Shown: piece after piece, positions 19,764 to 28,794 of the stretch
How the letters are laid out: each line of letters begins with the position of its first letter
Position numbering within the stretch: position 1 is the first letter of the stretch
Origin: Christensenella sp. UBA1428
GTDB taxonomy: Bacteria; Bacillota; Clostridia; Christensenellales; UBA1750
Direction of reading: 5' to 3'
NCBI GenBank assembly: GCA_002329335.1
Contig: DCTY01000061.1
Span: 41-64,040 of the forward strand
Length of the DNA stretch: 64,000 nucleotides
The notes under the pieces: generated by a model
Database searches by the model: none
What the model saw: only the letters and a program-made list of their open reading frames with translations
What the model was told of the DNA's origin: nothing
Translations under genes and position numbers: made by a program

Positions 19764-20684
19764 TCAGCCTTTGATTGATCCAATCATAACGCCTTTGACA
19801 AAAAAGCGCTGCACAAAGGGATACAGGATCAGCATCGGCACGGAACAGACAATAATAATGCCGTATTTCATCGTCTCTGCCAGGCGCAGGGCGGCCTGCG
19901 CGGCATGCGGATCGCCCTCTGCATTGCTGGCCAGCGTCTGACTGACCAGCAAAAGGTCGCGAATGATCAGCTGCAGCGGATAGTACTGCTGCTTGGACAA
20001 ATAAATCAGCGCATTGAAATAGCCGTTCCAATAGCCGACTGCGCTGTACAGCGCAATGACGGCGACAATCGCACCGGACAGCGGCAGCGCAATGCCAAAG
20101 AAAAACCGCAGGTTGCCGCACCCATCCAGCTGCGCCGCCTCCAGCATTTCCTGCGGAATCGTGCTGGCAAAAAACGTGCGCACGATGATGACGTTATAAA
20201 CCGAAACGCAGCCCAGAATCACCATCACCGCAGGGTTATTGATCAGCCCCAGCCATTTGACCACCAAATAAGTCGGGATCATGCCGCCGGAAAAGTACAT
20301 GGTAAAAACCAGCAGCTTCATGATCACACCGCTGCCGGGCAGATCCTTTCTGGACAGCGCGTAGCCCGCCGGGATCATACAGCACAATGAAAGCGCCGTA
20401 CCCAAAACCGTATAGATGATGGAATTGCGGTATCCCGTCCATATTTTCTGCTCGTTAAAAATCGCCCGATAGGTATCCAGATTGACGCCCTTTGGCAAAA
20501 GCAGCGTCTGGCCGCTGTTGATGGCTACCGGATCGCTGATGGAACCGATGATGACAAAATACAGAGGATACGCAATAATCAGCGTAATCAGGCCCAAAAT
20601 GCAGTACACGACGATATCAAAGACCAGGTCGCTGCCGGTTGCGCGAATCCTGCGTTGTTTTTTCAGCGCGGTATTTTCATGCAT
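19764..20684 (-). CDS. carbohydrate ABC transporter permease (LplC-like)
   Basis: Start ATG 20684 (SD AAGGAGG). Multi-pass membrane protein with the EAA-loop region (EAAQLDGCGNLRFFFGIALP). Confidence 0.85.
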   Translation of the reverse strand: MHENTALKKQRRIRATGSDLVFDIVVYCILGLITLIIAYPLYFVIIGSISDPVAINSGQTLLLPKGVNLDTYRAIFNEQKIWTGYRNSIIYTVLGTALSLCCMIPAGYALSRKDLPGSGVIMKLLVFTMYFSGGMIPTYLVVKWLGLINNPAVMVILGCVSVYNVIIVRTFFASTIPQEMLEAAQLDGCGNLRFFFGIALPLSGAIVAVIALYSAVGYWNGYFNALIYLSKQQYYPLQLIIRDLLLVSQTLASNAEGDPHAAQAALRLAETMKYGIIIVCSVPMLILYPFVQRFFVKGVMIGSIKG

Positions 20685-20697
20685 TGATTGATCCTCC

Positions 20698-21654
20698 TTA
20701 CCACAGGCTCGCGCCGCTGACCTGACGTGCAAGCCGGTTTACAACGATGAGCATGACGAAATTTACCACGTTGTTAAACAGCCCGATTGCGGCAGAATAG
20801 CTGAACTGCGCGCTGACAATGCCGATTTTATAGGTATAGGTTGAAATGATCTCCGAGGAAATGAGATTGGCGTCATTTTGCATCAAAAACGCCTTTTCAA
20901 ACCCGACTGACATGAACTTGCCCATATCCATGATAAACAGGATAATCGCCGTGGGCAAAATAGACGGAAAATCCACATATCGGATGCGCTGCAGCTTGTT
21001 TGCCCCGTCGACAATCGCCGCCTCGTGCAATTCCGGGCTGACGCCGGAGAGCGTTGCGATATAGATGATGGACGACCAGCCCATGTTCTGCCAGATGCCG
21101 CTCCAAACGTACAGATGGCGGAAATATTTGGCGTCGGATAAAAAGAGCACCGGGTCGTCCACCAGCCCCAATTTTATCAGCACAATATTCACCAGACCAC
21201 CGCGCGCCTGGAACATGACCTGCAAGATACCCACCAGTACCACAACCGAGATAAAATGCGGAATATAGGAGATCATCTGCGTCGTTTTCTGGAACTTACG
21301 GCTGGCGCAGTGGTTGAGCATCAGCGCCAGCAGAATTGGAATCGGGAACCCCGCCAAAAGAGAATAAAAACTCAACCCCAATGTATTGCGCAGCAGATTC
21401 CAAAACTGGGCGGACTGAAAAAAACGTGTGAAATGCTCAAAGCCGACCCATGGGCTGCCCAAAATCCCATCATAGGGATTGTAATTGCGAAACGCAATCT
21501 GCACGCCGTACAGCGGCACATAATGAAACAGGACAATATACGCCAGCGCCGGAAAAAGCAGCAGGTATAAATCCCAGTTGCGCCGCAAAAGCAGCACTGT
21601 TTCGCTTGTGCGCTTGGGTCTGACTGCCTTCGCGCCCGTCTGCGTTTGTGTCAT
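20698..21654 (-). CDS. carbohydrate ABC transporter permease (LplB-like)
   Basis: Start ATG 21654 (SD AAGGAGG). EAA loop HEAAIVDGANKLQRIRYVDFP. Confidence 0.85.
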   Translation of the reverse strand: MTQTQTGAKAVRPKRTSETVLLLRRNWDLYLLLFPALAYIVLFHYVPLYGVQIAFRNYNPYDGILGSPWVGFEHFTRFFQSAQFWNLLRNTLGLSFYSLLAGFPIPILLALMLNHCASRKFQKTTQMISYIPHFISVVVLVGILQVMFQARGGLVNIVLIKLGLVDDPVLFLSDAKYFRHLYVWSGIWQNMGWSSIIYIATLSGVSPELHEAAIVDGANKLQRIRYVDFPSILPTAIILFIMDMGKFMSVGFEKAFLMQNDANLISSEIISTYTYKIGIVSAQFSYSAAIGLFNNVVNFVMLIVVNRLARQVSGASLW

Positions 21655-21776
21655 AAAGATCCTCCTTGCTCGCTTACAGGAACACCCGCGCCGGCGTACC
21701 CGGCGGGCGCCGCGATGGGATAAGCGCCTGCACCGCCAGGCAGGACGCATATTCAATCCGTGGTTTGACGATTGCC

Positions 21777-21805
21777 ATGTTAAAAGACGTTTTTTGATTT
21801 GTCAA
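21777..21805 (-). promoter_or_regulatory. sigma-70-type promoter of the ABC importer/GH78/kduID block
   Basis: Minus strand TTGACA, 17-nt spacer, TAACAT. Confidence 0.45.
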
Positions 21806-21861
21806 CGGGGCTTTCGGGCGATTCTAAGATAGATGCCGCTGTTCAACGCAAACGCCCGCTC

Positions 21862-21890
21862 TTGCTGTCAGTCGGCAATTCGTGTATAAT
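21862..21890 (+). promoter_or_regulatory. sigma-70-type promoter
   Basis: TTGCTG (21862-21867), 17-nt spacer, TATAAT (21885-21890) with TG directly upstream. Confidence 0.5.
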
Positions 21891-21933
21891 AGCATCCAGT
21901 TAAGCCACGCTTTAAGGAAAGAGGGTGCGCCGG

Positions 21934-22239
21934 ATGCGCTTATGGGGCATCGTCCGCAAAAATCATAAAATCACTGCGCAGCATATTGTGCCTTTATCGT
22001 CGGCCAGCTTGGAAGATATCGTCGATGCGATGGATCAGATCGCGCGCAAGCTGGATCTCGCCCGGCCGATGCTGCTTGAAAAGCACGAGCAGGAGCTGGC
22101 AGTCTATGGCAAAACCTGTTTTTTACCACGCGATTTTGTCGAAACCGTCGCTCTGGATCGATTTGAAATTGAAATTCTGTTTGACGAAAAAGCACAGAAG
22201 CGCCGCTCAAACGACCCCCGAAACGATTTTTCCTATTAA
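21934..22239 (+). CDS. hypothetical small cytoplasmic protein
   Basis: 101 aa from ATG 21934. Purine-rich SD-like AAGGAAAGAGGG upstream and its own promoter. No family recognised. Confidence 0.5.
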   Translation: MRLWGIVRKNHKITAQHIVPLSSASLEDIVDAMDQIARKLDLARPMLLEKHEQELAVYGKTCFLPRDFVETVALDRFEIEILFDEKAQKRRSNDPRNDFSY

Positions 22240-22479
22240 TCGTTTTGCATTTGTTCGTGCAGCGTGAAAACAGCGCCAAAATGCCGCCCCGGCGGCAACG
22301 CAGTTGTTCGTTGATATTTTGAATCATTTTCCAGTATCTTTTTTCAGCCGGTTTCTCATACTATCCATGCCGCATGATGCGTACGCCGTGCGATCATGCA
22401 GACCAAAACCCGGCACGGCCGGCATGTCCGCAGGCGCGGACTGCGCCCGCCGCGCCCGATGAAAGGAGAAGCCGAACCC

Positions 22480-22683
22480 ATGGACAAATTTTCACTGGTG
22501 CTTGTGATCATCGGCGCAATCAACTGGCTGTTGATCGGGCTGTTCCAGTTCGACGTTGTGGCCGCCGTGCTTGGCGGCAGCGCTTCGGTCTGGAGCCGCA
22601 TCGTCTATTCGCTGGTCGGGCTGGCCGGGCTGTGGTGCATCAGCCTGCTGTTCCGCAGGGACGCCGTACACGACGACGCCTAA
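22480..22683 (+). CDS. DUF378-family small membrane protein
   Basis: MDKFSLVLVIIGAINWLLIGLFQFDVVA... is the typical two-helix DUF378 pattern. SD GAAAGGAG. Confidence 0.8.
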   Translation: MDKFSLVLVIIGAINWLLIGLFQFDVVAAVLGGSASVWSRIVYSLVGLAGLWCISLLFRRDAVHDDA

Positions 22684-22715
22684 TGCAATTGCTGGCACGC
22701 TGAACCAAAAAACGA

Positions 22716-22765
22716 AAACCCCGCGCATATCGGGCGAAAGCCCGACGGCACGGGGTTTGTTTTAT
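22716..22765 (+). terminator. rho-independent terminator
   Basis: AAAACCCCG ... CGGGGTTTGTTTT with an inner CGGGC/GCCCG hairpin. Confidence 0.7.
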
Positions 22766-22811
22766 TGAAGGAAACTGGCATAACAGGCTTGCAGCCGATC
22801 CGCGCTTTGGA

Positions 22812-23186
22812 TTACGTCTGCGCCTTGATCTCATACCCGGACTGTGCAAGCGCCGCCAGCGCACGGTCAAAATCCGCCTGAGCAGTCAGCACATAATCGG
22901 TGTCAAAAGTCGATACGACAAAAACGCCGACGCGCGCCCGCGCAAGCACATCCGTTATGCCTGCCAAAATGCCGATGAGCGAAAAATCCAGCTGCCCGGC
23001 AACGCGAAAAGCCCGCCAGCCGCGCTGGACGCGCAGCGCATTGGCAGGAATCGCCTCCGGCGTGCAGACCAGCGAAAACTCGCGATCGGTTTTTGACGCA
23101 AAGCAAAATGACGCCGACCCGTCCACCTGTGAAAAATCCGGCAGCGCGCAAACGGCAAACTCCTGAGCAAGTATTTCCAGTTTCAT
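22812..23186 (-). CDS. ACT-domain (ACT_7-like) protein
   Basis: 124 aa from ATG 23186 (MKLEILAQEFAVCALP...). The longer 212-aa ORF extension has no support. Confidence 0.65.
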   Translation of the reverse strand: MKLEILAQEFAVCALPDFSQVDGSASFCFASKTDREFSLVCTPEAIPANALRVQRGWRAFRVAGQLDFSLIGILAGITDVLARARVGVFVVSTFDTDYVLTAQADFDRALAALAQSGYEIKAQT

Positions 23187-23331
23187 CTTTCCACGCTTTC
23201 TGGCCGCAGCGTAGCCGCTGGCCGGGTATTGTCCGTTCATTGGCAGAAAACGGCACTTGTGCCGATAAAAAAAATCGCTTATACTGATAATGGGAATAGA
23301 AATTGATCGGCCGAATCGGAGGTGTTTATCC

Positions 23332-23934
23332 ATGACCCGAAATCGGGTTTCGCTCTTTTGCGCCGCGCTGTCGCTTTGCGCGCTGCTTTGCAGCTGCAAC
23401 GTCAACGCCCAGCCCACCGGCGCGTCCGCCACGCCCGCAGTGGATATCAATCATCTGGCCACCACCGCGCCCGCCAGCGCGACGCCCGACCCCGTTGCCA
23501 GCGCCGAACCGCTGCCATCGCCCACCCCTGCGCTGATCGAATGCAACATCTATGTGCAGGGCCAGGTATTGGCGCACCGCGCCTATGTGGATCCCAACGC
23601 CGGGGCGCAGATGATGGCGCCGCTGGAGGATTTTACCGCCGCGCTGGCCATCAATATGGAAAACGACGCCGCTTCGGTGACGCTGTATCAGCCCGACACC
23701 GGTACAACGGTTGTCATCGAGGATATTTATGCGCAGCCGCCGCTCTGTACGGTCAACGGCGCGCAAAGCGCGATGACAGCAGCGTTCGTTTCCAGAAACA
23801 ACGTCGTGTATGGGCCGCTGGACATGCTCACCAGCTGGTTCGGCTTTGAATGGGTTCAAAATGAAGCGGGCGATATCCTGGTTGCGCCGCTTGTCGAGCC
23901 CACTGTCATCGGACAGCCGGAGCAAACGCCATGA
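23332..23934 (+). CDS. lipoprotein with copper-amine-oxidase-N-terminal-like (stalk) domain
   Basis: Start ATG 23332 (SD GGAGG). Lipobox LCSC. Repeats of the pattern VNG...MAPL/GPL...FG. Confidence 0.6.
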   Translation: MTRNRVSLFCAALSLCALLCSCNVNAQPTGASATPAVDINHLATTAPASATPDPVASAEPLPSPTPALIECNIYVQGQVLAHRAYVDPNAGAQMMAPLEDFTAALAINMENDAASVTLYQPDTGTTVVIEDIYAQPPLCTVNGAQSAMTAAFVSRNNVVYGPLDMLTSWFGFEWVQNEAGDILVAPLVEPTVIGQPEQTP

Positions 23935-24218
23935 CGCGGGCGTTCTGGCGCATTTTGCTTGGATGGGAATTTCTTTTAAGCGCAGGCGCGCTGATCGCGT
24001 ATGCGCTGGACAAGCACTATGCAAAAATTCCGGGACACCGGCGCATTTCGGAGCGCGCGCTGCTTTTATGGGCTTTTTGCGGCGGCGCGCCCGGCGCGTG
24101 GATCGCCATGGAGGCGTTTCGCCATAAGACCCGGCACAAACGTTTCACCATTTGGGTGCCGCTGTTTGCGCTGGTGCAGCTGGGCGTCCTTCTTGTGCTG
24201 TTTTTTATGACAGCATAA
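23931..24218 (+). CDS. DUF1294-family membrane protein
   Basis: ALDKHYAKIPGHRRISERALLLWAFCGGAPGAWIAMEAFRHKTRHKRF matches the DUF1294 signature. ATGA overlap with the upstream gene. Confidence 0.8.
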   Translation: MTRAFWRILLGWEFLLSAGALIAYALDKHYAKIPGHRRISERALLLWAFCGGAPGAWIAMEAFRHKTRHKRFTIWVPLFALVQLGVLLVLFFMTA

Positions 24219-24271
24219 AAATCGCCGGCAAAAATATCCGACAGCGCAGCATCATCCAACCAAATTCATCC

Positions 24272-24303
24272 AAAAGGACGCACCGGTGGGTGCGTCCTTT
24301 TCC
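24272..24303. terminator. bidirectional terminator (DUF1294 gene / sulfatase gene)
   Basis: AAAAGGACGCACC ... GGTGCGTCCTTTT. Confidence 0.75.
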
Positions 24304-24333
24304 GTTTCCAAGAAAATTCTCGCGGGTAAAGGC

Positions 24334-25668
24334 TCATTGCGCCGGAAGGATTTTGGCCGGCGGTTCCTGCGCCTTTTCCATATAGGAAACCAGCAGCGCG
24401 CGCAGCTGTTCGCGCACCGCGGCATAGGCCGGATCAGCGGCCAGATTCGTGCGCTCATGCGGATCGTTTACCAGATCATACAGGCAATCTTCCCGATATA
24501 CGTCGCTAAACGGCGCGTTTGCATCGAATTCAGGGGCCTTGACGGCATATTTCCATTGCTTCGTGCGCACCGTGCGCGCCGTCTGCGCTTCGCTGATCTG
24601 CGCATAAACCGACTGCGGCCACTGCGCCGCGCTGCCGTCAACCAGCCCGCACAGGGAATGGCCCTGGAACTGCGCGGGAATCGGGATACCGGCGCAATCC
24701 AGCAGCGTCGGCGGCACGTCGATCAGGCTGACCAGCTCATCCACCACATGACCGCCCATAAAGCCGCCGCCCCAGGCAATCATCGGCACCCGCAGGCAGC
24801 CGTCCTCGCAGGAACGCTTGTATTCTGCATTGCGCGTGCGGAAATGGCTGCCATGATCGCTGGAATACATCAAAATGGTGTTATCCTTCATACCCATAGC
24901 CTCCAGCGTGTCCATCAGCCTGCCGACATTTTCGTCCAGGCTGTGGCACGCGCCCAGGTAATCCGGGTAGTTTTCGCGCCAATCGCCCTGCGTCCCCTCA
25001 AGATCGCCGGGCACGTCGTAGCCGGCAAACCGTTTTTTGCTGCCGTCCGGGCCTTCGTAGCGGTTGCGGTCGTTCTGGTGATGCGGTTCCAATTGGGAGA
25101 CAAACAGGAAAAACGGCTGTTCCTCGCCCGTTTCCTGCTGCTTCTGCGCATGACGGTGAATAAAATCAATCGCATAATTATTGATGCAATCCGTCCGATA
25201 GCCGTAAAAATCGCGCCGGTTCATCTGCCCGTCAAACACATAGCCGTTATAGCCATGGCTCGTCCATTCCAGCGCGTCGGCGGCGACCCAGTCCGCGTAT
25301 CCGCCGCGGCGCTGCTCCGGCACGGCAATGGTGCGGTAATTGCTGCCGTCGCAGGAGGCAAGATGCCACTTGCCCACATACGCCGTCTGATACCCGGCGT
25401 CATTGAAGCGCCGCGCAATCGAATCGATCCCCTCGGGCAAAATGCGGTGGTTTTTAAACACGCCGGCCTGCGTCGCATACAATCCGGACTGCAAACAGGC
25501 GCGTGCCGGCCCGCAGACAGGCTGACAGGTAAACGCGTATTCAAACCGCGTCCCTTCCGCCGCCAGCCGGTCCAGGTTGGGCGTTACCGGCAGCCGCTGG
25601 CCATAACAACCCATGGTATCCCAGCGCTGCTGATCGGAAAAATAGAAAATGATATTGGGACGTTTCAT
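24334..25668 (-). CDS. Cys-type sulfatase (formylglycine-dependent)
   Basis: IIFYFSDQQR metal-site N-terminus and CQPVCGPARACLQSG (C-x-P-x-R FGly motif). No signal peptide. SD GGAGG. Confidence 0.9.
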   Translation of the reverse strand: MKRPNIIFYFSDQQRWDTMGCYGQRLPVTPNLDRLAAEGTRFEYAFTCQPVCGPARACLQSGLYATQAGVFKNHRILPEGIDSIARRFNDAGYQTAYVGKWHLASCDGSNYRTIAVPEQRRGGYADWVAADALEWTSHGYNGYVFDGQMNRRDFYGYRTDCINNYAIDFIHRHAQKQQETGEEQPFFLFVSQLEPHHQNDRNRYEGPDGSKKRFAGYDVPGDLEGTQGDWRENYPDYLGACHSLDENVGRLMDTLEAMGMKDNTILMYSSDHGSHFRTRNAEYKRSCEDGCLRVPMIAWGGGFMGGHVVDELVSLIDVPPTLLDCAGIPIPAQFQGHSLCGLVDGSAAQWPQSVYAQISEAQTARTVRTKQWKYAVKAPEFDANAPFSDVYREDCLYDLVNDPHERTNLAADPAYAAVREQLRALLVSYMEKAQEPPAKILPAQ

Positions 25669-25692
25669 TTTGTACCTCCATGGTTTAAAAAT

Positions 25693-26817
25693 CTAGCGGG
25701 CGCCTGACCGCAGCGACGCGGCCAGCGCCTGCATGGGCGCTAAAGCATGATCAAAAAACATCTGATAGGACGCGCAATAGATATTCATCGGCAATTCATA
25801 CCCCGGGGCCGGCTCGCGCAGCCGCCGGCAGCCGCCGCGGCAGATCGGGAAATACCGGCAGGCGCGGCATTTTTCGTCAAATTCAGCAGAGGATTCGATA
25901 AACCGAAGCGCGCGCCGGTTTTGCTCGATCGTTTCAAAGCCGTCCTGGTTGAGATTCCCCAGCCGGTAAGCATCCAGCACATAAAAGTCGCAGGGATAAA
26001 CCGACCCGTCGGCCTCCACAACATTCTGAACGCCGCAGATCCCGCTCATGCCGCAGCTTTCCGGTCTTTGCCCCAGCAGCATGGCGATATAATTATCAAA
26101 GGTCCGGATGGAAACGCCGTTGCCCGCGCACACGTCGCGATACCACAGATCAAACAGCTGGATCAGAAAATTGCCAAAGGCCTGCGGGGTCAGCGAATAC
26201 GCCTGTCCGCCCGTTTTTTCCCCCAGCGGATCCAGGCATGGAATAAATTGCAGATAGGAAAACCCCAGCTTGCGGAATTGGCGGTAAATCGCCTGCGCAT
26301 GGCGGGCAATCTGCGCATGGACGACCGTAAGGATATTGTACTGCACCTGATACTTGTCAAACAGGCGCGCCGTGCGCAAAACGCGCGCATAGGTGTCCTT
26401 TCCCTGCGCATCCACGCGATAGCAGTCATGCGTTTGCTGTGTGCCGTCCACCGACAGCCCGACCAGAAAATGGTTCTGCGCAAAAAAGCGCGCCCAGTTT
26501 TCATCCAGCCCCACGCCGTTGGTCTGAATCGCGTTTTCGATGCGCAGGCCGCGCGTATTCAGACGGTTTTGAATCCGGATGGATTCCTCAAAAAAATCCA
26601 GCCCAGCCAGCGTCGGCTCCCCGCCCTGATAGGCGATCGTACAGGAGCCCTGCGCATAGGCAAGCGCCTTACCAATCACGTTTTCAAGCGTTTCCAGGGA
26701 CATCACGCCGTAGCTTGCCTGTTCCCGCTTTTGCGTTTCATCATAATAAAAACAGTATTTACAGCGCAGGTTGCACAACCCGGACGCCGGTTTGATCAAC
26801 AAATGCAGTGGCGGCAT
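25693..26817 (-). CDS. anaerobic sulfatase-maturating enzyme (radical SAM / SPASM)
   Basis: CNLRCKYCFY CxxxCxxC motif. C-terminal Cys clusters (CGMSGICG, CDFY, CRACRYFPICRGGC). Directly upstream of the sulfatase. Confidence 0.85.
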   Translation of the reverse strand: MPPLHLLIKPASGLCNLRCKYCFYYDETQKREQASYGVMSLETLENVIGKALAYAQGSCTIAYQGGEPTLAGLDFFEESIRIQNRLNTRGLRIENAIQTNGVGLDENWARFFAQNHFLVGLSVDGTQQTHDCYRVDAQGKDTYARVLRTARLFDKYQVQYNILTVVHAQIARHAQAIYRQFRKLGFSYLQFIPCLDPLGEKTGGQAYSLTPQAFGNFLIQLFDLWYRDVCAGNGVSIRTFDNYIAMLLGQRPESCGMSGICGVQNVVEADGSVYPCDFYVLDAYRLGNLNQDGFETIEQNRRALRFIESSAEFDEKCRACRYFPICRGGCRRLREPAPGYELPMNIYCASYQMFFDHALAPMQALAASLRSGAR

Positions 26818-26843
26818 ATCTCGCTCTCCTTCTTAACAGCATT

Positions 26844-26873
26844 ATCATAGCATCTGTCCGCGCGCCTTGTCAA
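26844..26873 (-). promoter_or_regulatory. sigma-70-type promoter of the anSME-sulfatase operon
   Basis: Minus strand TTGACA, 18-nt spacer, TGcTATGAT. Confidence 0.5.
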
Positions 26874-27117
26874 CAAACTGCCAACCCAATCCATCCAAGC
26901 GCGGGTTTGCGGCAGGCGGTCGGCGCATTGCGCCCGCAGAAAAAACAAAACGGCAGACCCGCCTAACCGGCGCGCAGCACCGCCCAAGCGAAAACAAAAA
27001 ATTCCACGCCGCATAGGCGGGGCATGATACATTGAACACATCCCATCCGATATTCCGCATCGGACAGGATGTTTTTGCATGACAAAATTGAATTTGAAAG
27101 CCATGGGATCATCCCAA

Positions 27118-27158
27118 ATTTAAGGGCGAAGATGCTTTCAACGGTATCTTCGCCTTTG
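27118..27158 (-). terminator. terminator-like hairpin downstream of the GNAT cargo genes
   Basis: Stem GGCGAAGAT (27126-27134) / ATCTTCGCC (27147-27155) with T-rich flanks on both strands. Confidence 0.5.
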
Positions 27159-27178
27159 ATTCATGCTTGCAAACTCCA

Positions 27179-27754
27179 TTATAACATCCTATTGTGTTTT
27201 TCCTTTTCCCATTCGCTTCTGAGGATACCATAATCGGATATATCAAGAAACTCTCCCTCAAATGTTTTGAAGTATTCACGCTTCGTACCCTCAAAGGTAA
27301 GACCACACTTTTGAGCGACTCTACCCGAAGCAGGGTTTTTAACAGCGTGAGATATACCAACACGGTTTACACCAATTTCGGCAAACAGATAGTCAATGAC
27401 TGCTTTTGCGGCTTCAGGCATAAAGCCTTTATTCCAATAAGCGTAACCCATACAGTAGCCAAGCTCCGCATGTTCGCTCTTTTCACTCAATCTGACAACG
27501 CTAATATTACCGATAGGCGTCCCCTCGTATTCCATAACCCAATTATATGTGTTCTGATTTTCGTATGCTGCACACCAAAGTTCCAAGAGCTGCTTTGTTG
27601 CTTCAGGGGACTCGTGAGGACGCCAAGTTAGATAGCGTGTAACTCTTGCATCGCTTGCCCAGTTCTCAAACATTGCCTGGGCATCGTCTGCGGTAAATTT
27701 TCGCAATATAAGTCTCTGTGTATATATAGTTTGTGTTCCTTTATGCGTAATCAT
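27179..27754 (-). CDS. GNAT N-acetyltransferase (RimJ/RimL-like, Acetyltransf_3 type)
   Basis: Start ATG 27754 (SD GGAGGA). RLILRKFTADDAQAMFENWASD N-terminus and AYWNKGFMPEAAKAVIDYLF acetyl-CoA region. Low-GC block. Confidence 0.85.
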   Translation of the reverse strand: MITHKGTQTIYTQRLILRKFTADDAQAMFENWASDARVTRYLTWRPHESPEATKQLLELWCAAYENQNTYNWVMEYEGTPIGNISVVRLSEKSEHAELGYCMGYAYWNKGFMPEAAKAVIDYLFAEIGVNRVGISHAVKNPASGRVAQKCGLTFEGTKREYFKTFEGEFLDISDYGILRSEWEKEKHNRML

Positions 27755-27756
27755 TT

Positions 27757-28239
27757 TTAGTCCTCCAATCTGTATTCCATTCTGCGAATACGGTCTGTCA
27801 TTCCGCAATCCTCATAAAATGCAATCGCATCCTTATTAAATCCCCAAACGCCAAGCTCCATCATTTTGCATTTCTTTTCCTGAGCTTTTCGTTTGCAGCA
27901 CTCAAAAAGTCTTTTTCCTATTCCGTTTCTCTGATAAGATTTCAAGACACAAATATCATCAATGTAGAAACAGTCAAAGTCAATGTATGTAGAGTGATTT
28001 CTATATGAAACAATCCAAGCAAAAGCATATCCCACTACCTCGCCACTATCCGTTTGGGCAATGTAGATAGTATGTTTCGGATCATCTAATCTTTGCGCGA
28101 AAGCTTCCTTTGTAAAGTAGCGAGCTTCAGTTTTGAATAAGTCAGGCCTGCCGTTATGGTGTAAGTCGGCAATTTCCTTCTGAAGCGGGCGGATACGCTC
28201 ACAATCCTCTATGACAGCAGTTCGTATATTTATGTTCAT
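27757..28239 (-). CDS. GNAT N-acetyltransferase (Acetyltransf_1 type)
   Basis: Start ATG 28239. YQRNGIGKRLF (Q/RxxGxG/A) acetyl-CoA motif. 160 aa, low GC. Confidence 0.85.
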   Translation of the reverse strand: MNINIRTAVIEDCERIRPLQKEIADLHHNGRPDLFKTEARYFTKEAFAQRLDDPKHTIYIAQTDSGEVVGYAFAWIVSYRNHSTYIDFDCFYIDDICVLKSYQRNGIGKRLFECCKRKAQEKKCKMMELGVWGFNKDAIAFYEDCGMTDRIRRMEYRLED

Positions 28240-28274
28240 TTTCTCTATTCCTTTCTGTGCAACTTGAATATGTC

Positions 28275-28490
28275 TCACGGATTTGAGAAGATATCAAATA
28301 TTTCTGTGTTGAGCCTACGTTTTTCAATAATATCGCAGATCTCGCCACGAATAAAACCGTATGACAAAACGCCTGCATCCCCCATGCAATAAGAGGCAAA
28401 AACGATGCCGCCCTTCTTTACAACTCGGATAGGCACATAGGACCGAGCAACAAGGTACCAGGAGGTGCAACGCATGAACAAACTACTCAA
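28275..28490 (-). other. 71-codon ORF, possible 3' remnant of a truncated cargo gene
   Basis: In tandem with the two GNAT genes and spans the low-GC/high-GC composition junction. Its N-terminus overlaps the opposite-strand gene start. No family recognised. Confidence 0.2.
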
Positions 28491-28794
28491 AAATCTGTAC
28501 GACTGCTTTTATGCCCCGCCAGAGCTATCAGTGCAGGCACAGGAAATCGAGGAATGCCACCAGTCACTCATTGAGGTGTTGGAGAAACCGGAGCGGCGGC
28601 TGGTGCTGCAGATTATCGATGCCAAAGACCGCATCGTGGAGGACACGTCCATCGACAGCTTTATCTCCGGATTTGAGCTGGCATGGCAGCTCTCCACGGA
28701 ACTGAATCAATATGAAAAAGAGCGCTCAGTCTCTCGCTGTACGGCGAAGAGATTGGGCGCTCTTTCCATGTCTGGAAAGGAAGATGAAAAATGA
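28474..28794 (+). CDS. small helical hypothetical protein of the mobile element
   Basis: ATG 28474, 8 nt after GGAGG. 106 aa. Translationally coupled (ATGA) to the next gene. Confidence 0.55.
   Translation: MNKLLKNLYDCFYAPPELSVQAQEIEECHQSLIEVLEKPERRLVLQIIDAKDRIVEDTSIDSFISGFELAWQLSTELNQYEKERSVSRCTAKRLGALSMSGKEDEK

Noticed and set aside
25693-26817. Radical SAM/SPASM enzyme as a RiPP (sactipeptide/ranthipeptide) maturase.
   Set aside because: It is immediately followed by a sulfatase carrying the C-x-P-x-R target motif, and no small Cys-rich precursor ORF is adjacent. The anSME role explains it.
24286-26850. 473-aa and 367-aa plus-strand ORFs (24286-25707 and 25747-26850).
   Set aside because: Antisense to the sulfatase and anSME genes, which carry diagnostic motifs. 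The shadow ORFs have none.
27060-27095. Possible att-like direct repeat: CAGGATGTTTTTGCATG (left flank, ~27064-27080) versus CAGGATTTTTTATG (right flank, ~37798-37811). Also a shared AAAATTG/CAATTTT.
   Set aside because: The matches are short, AT-rich and need gaps, and both sit in terminator-like T-runs. They are not distinguishable from chance by eye, so the element ends are left approximate.
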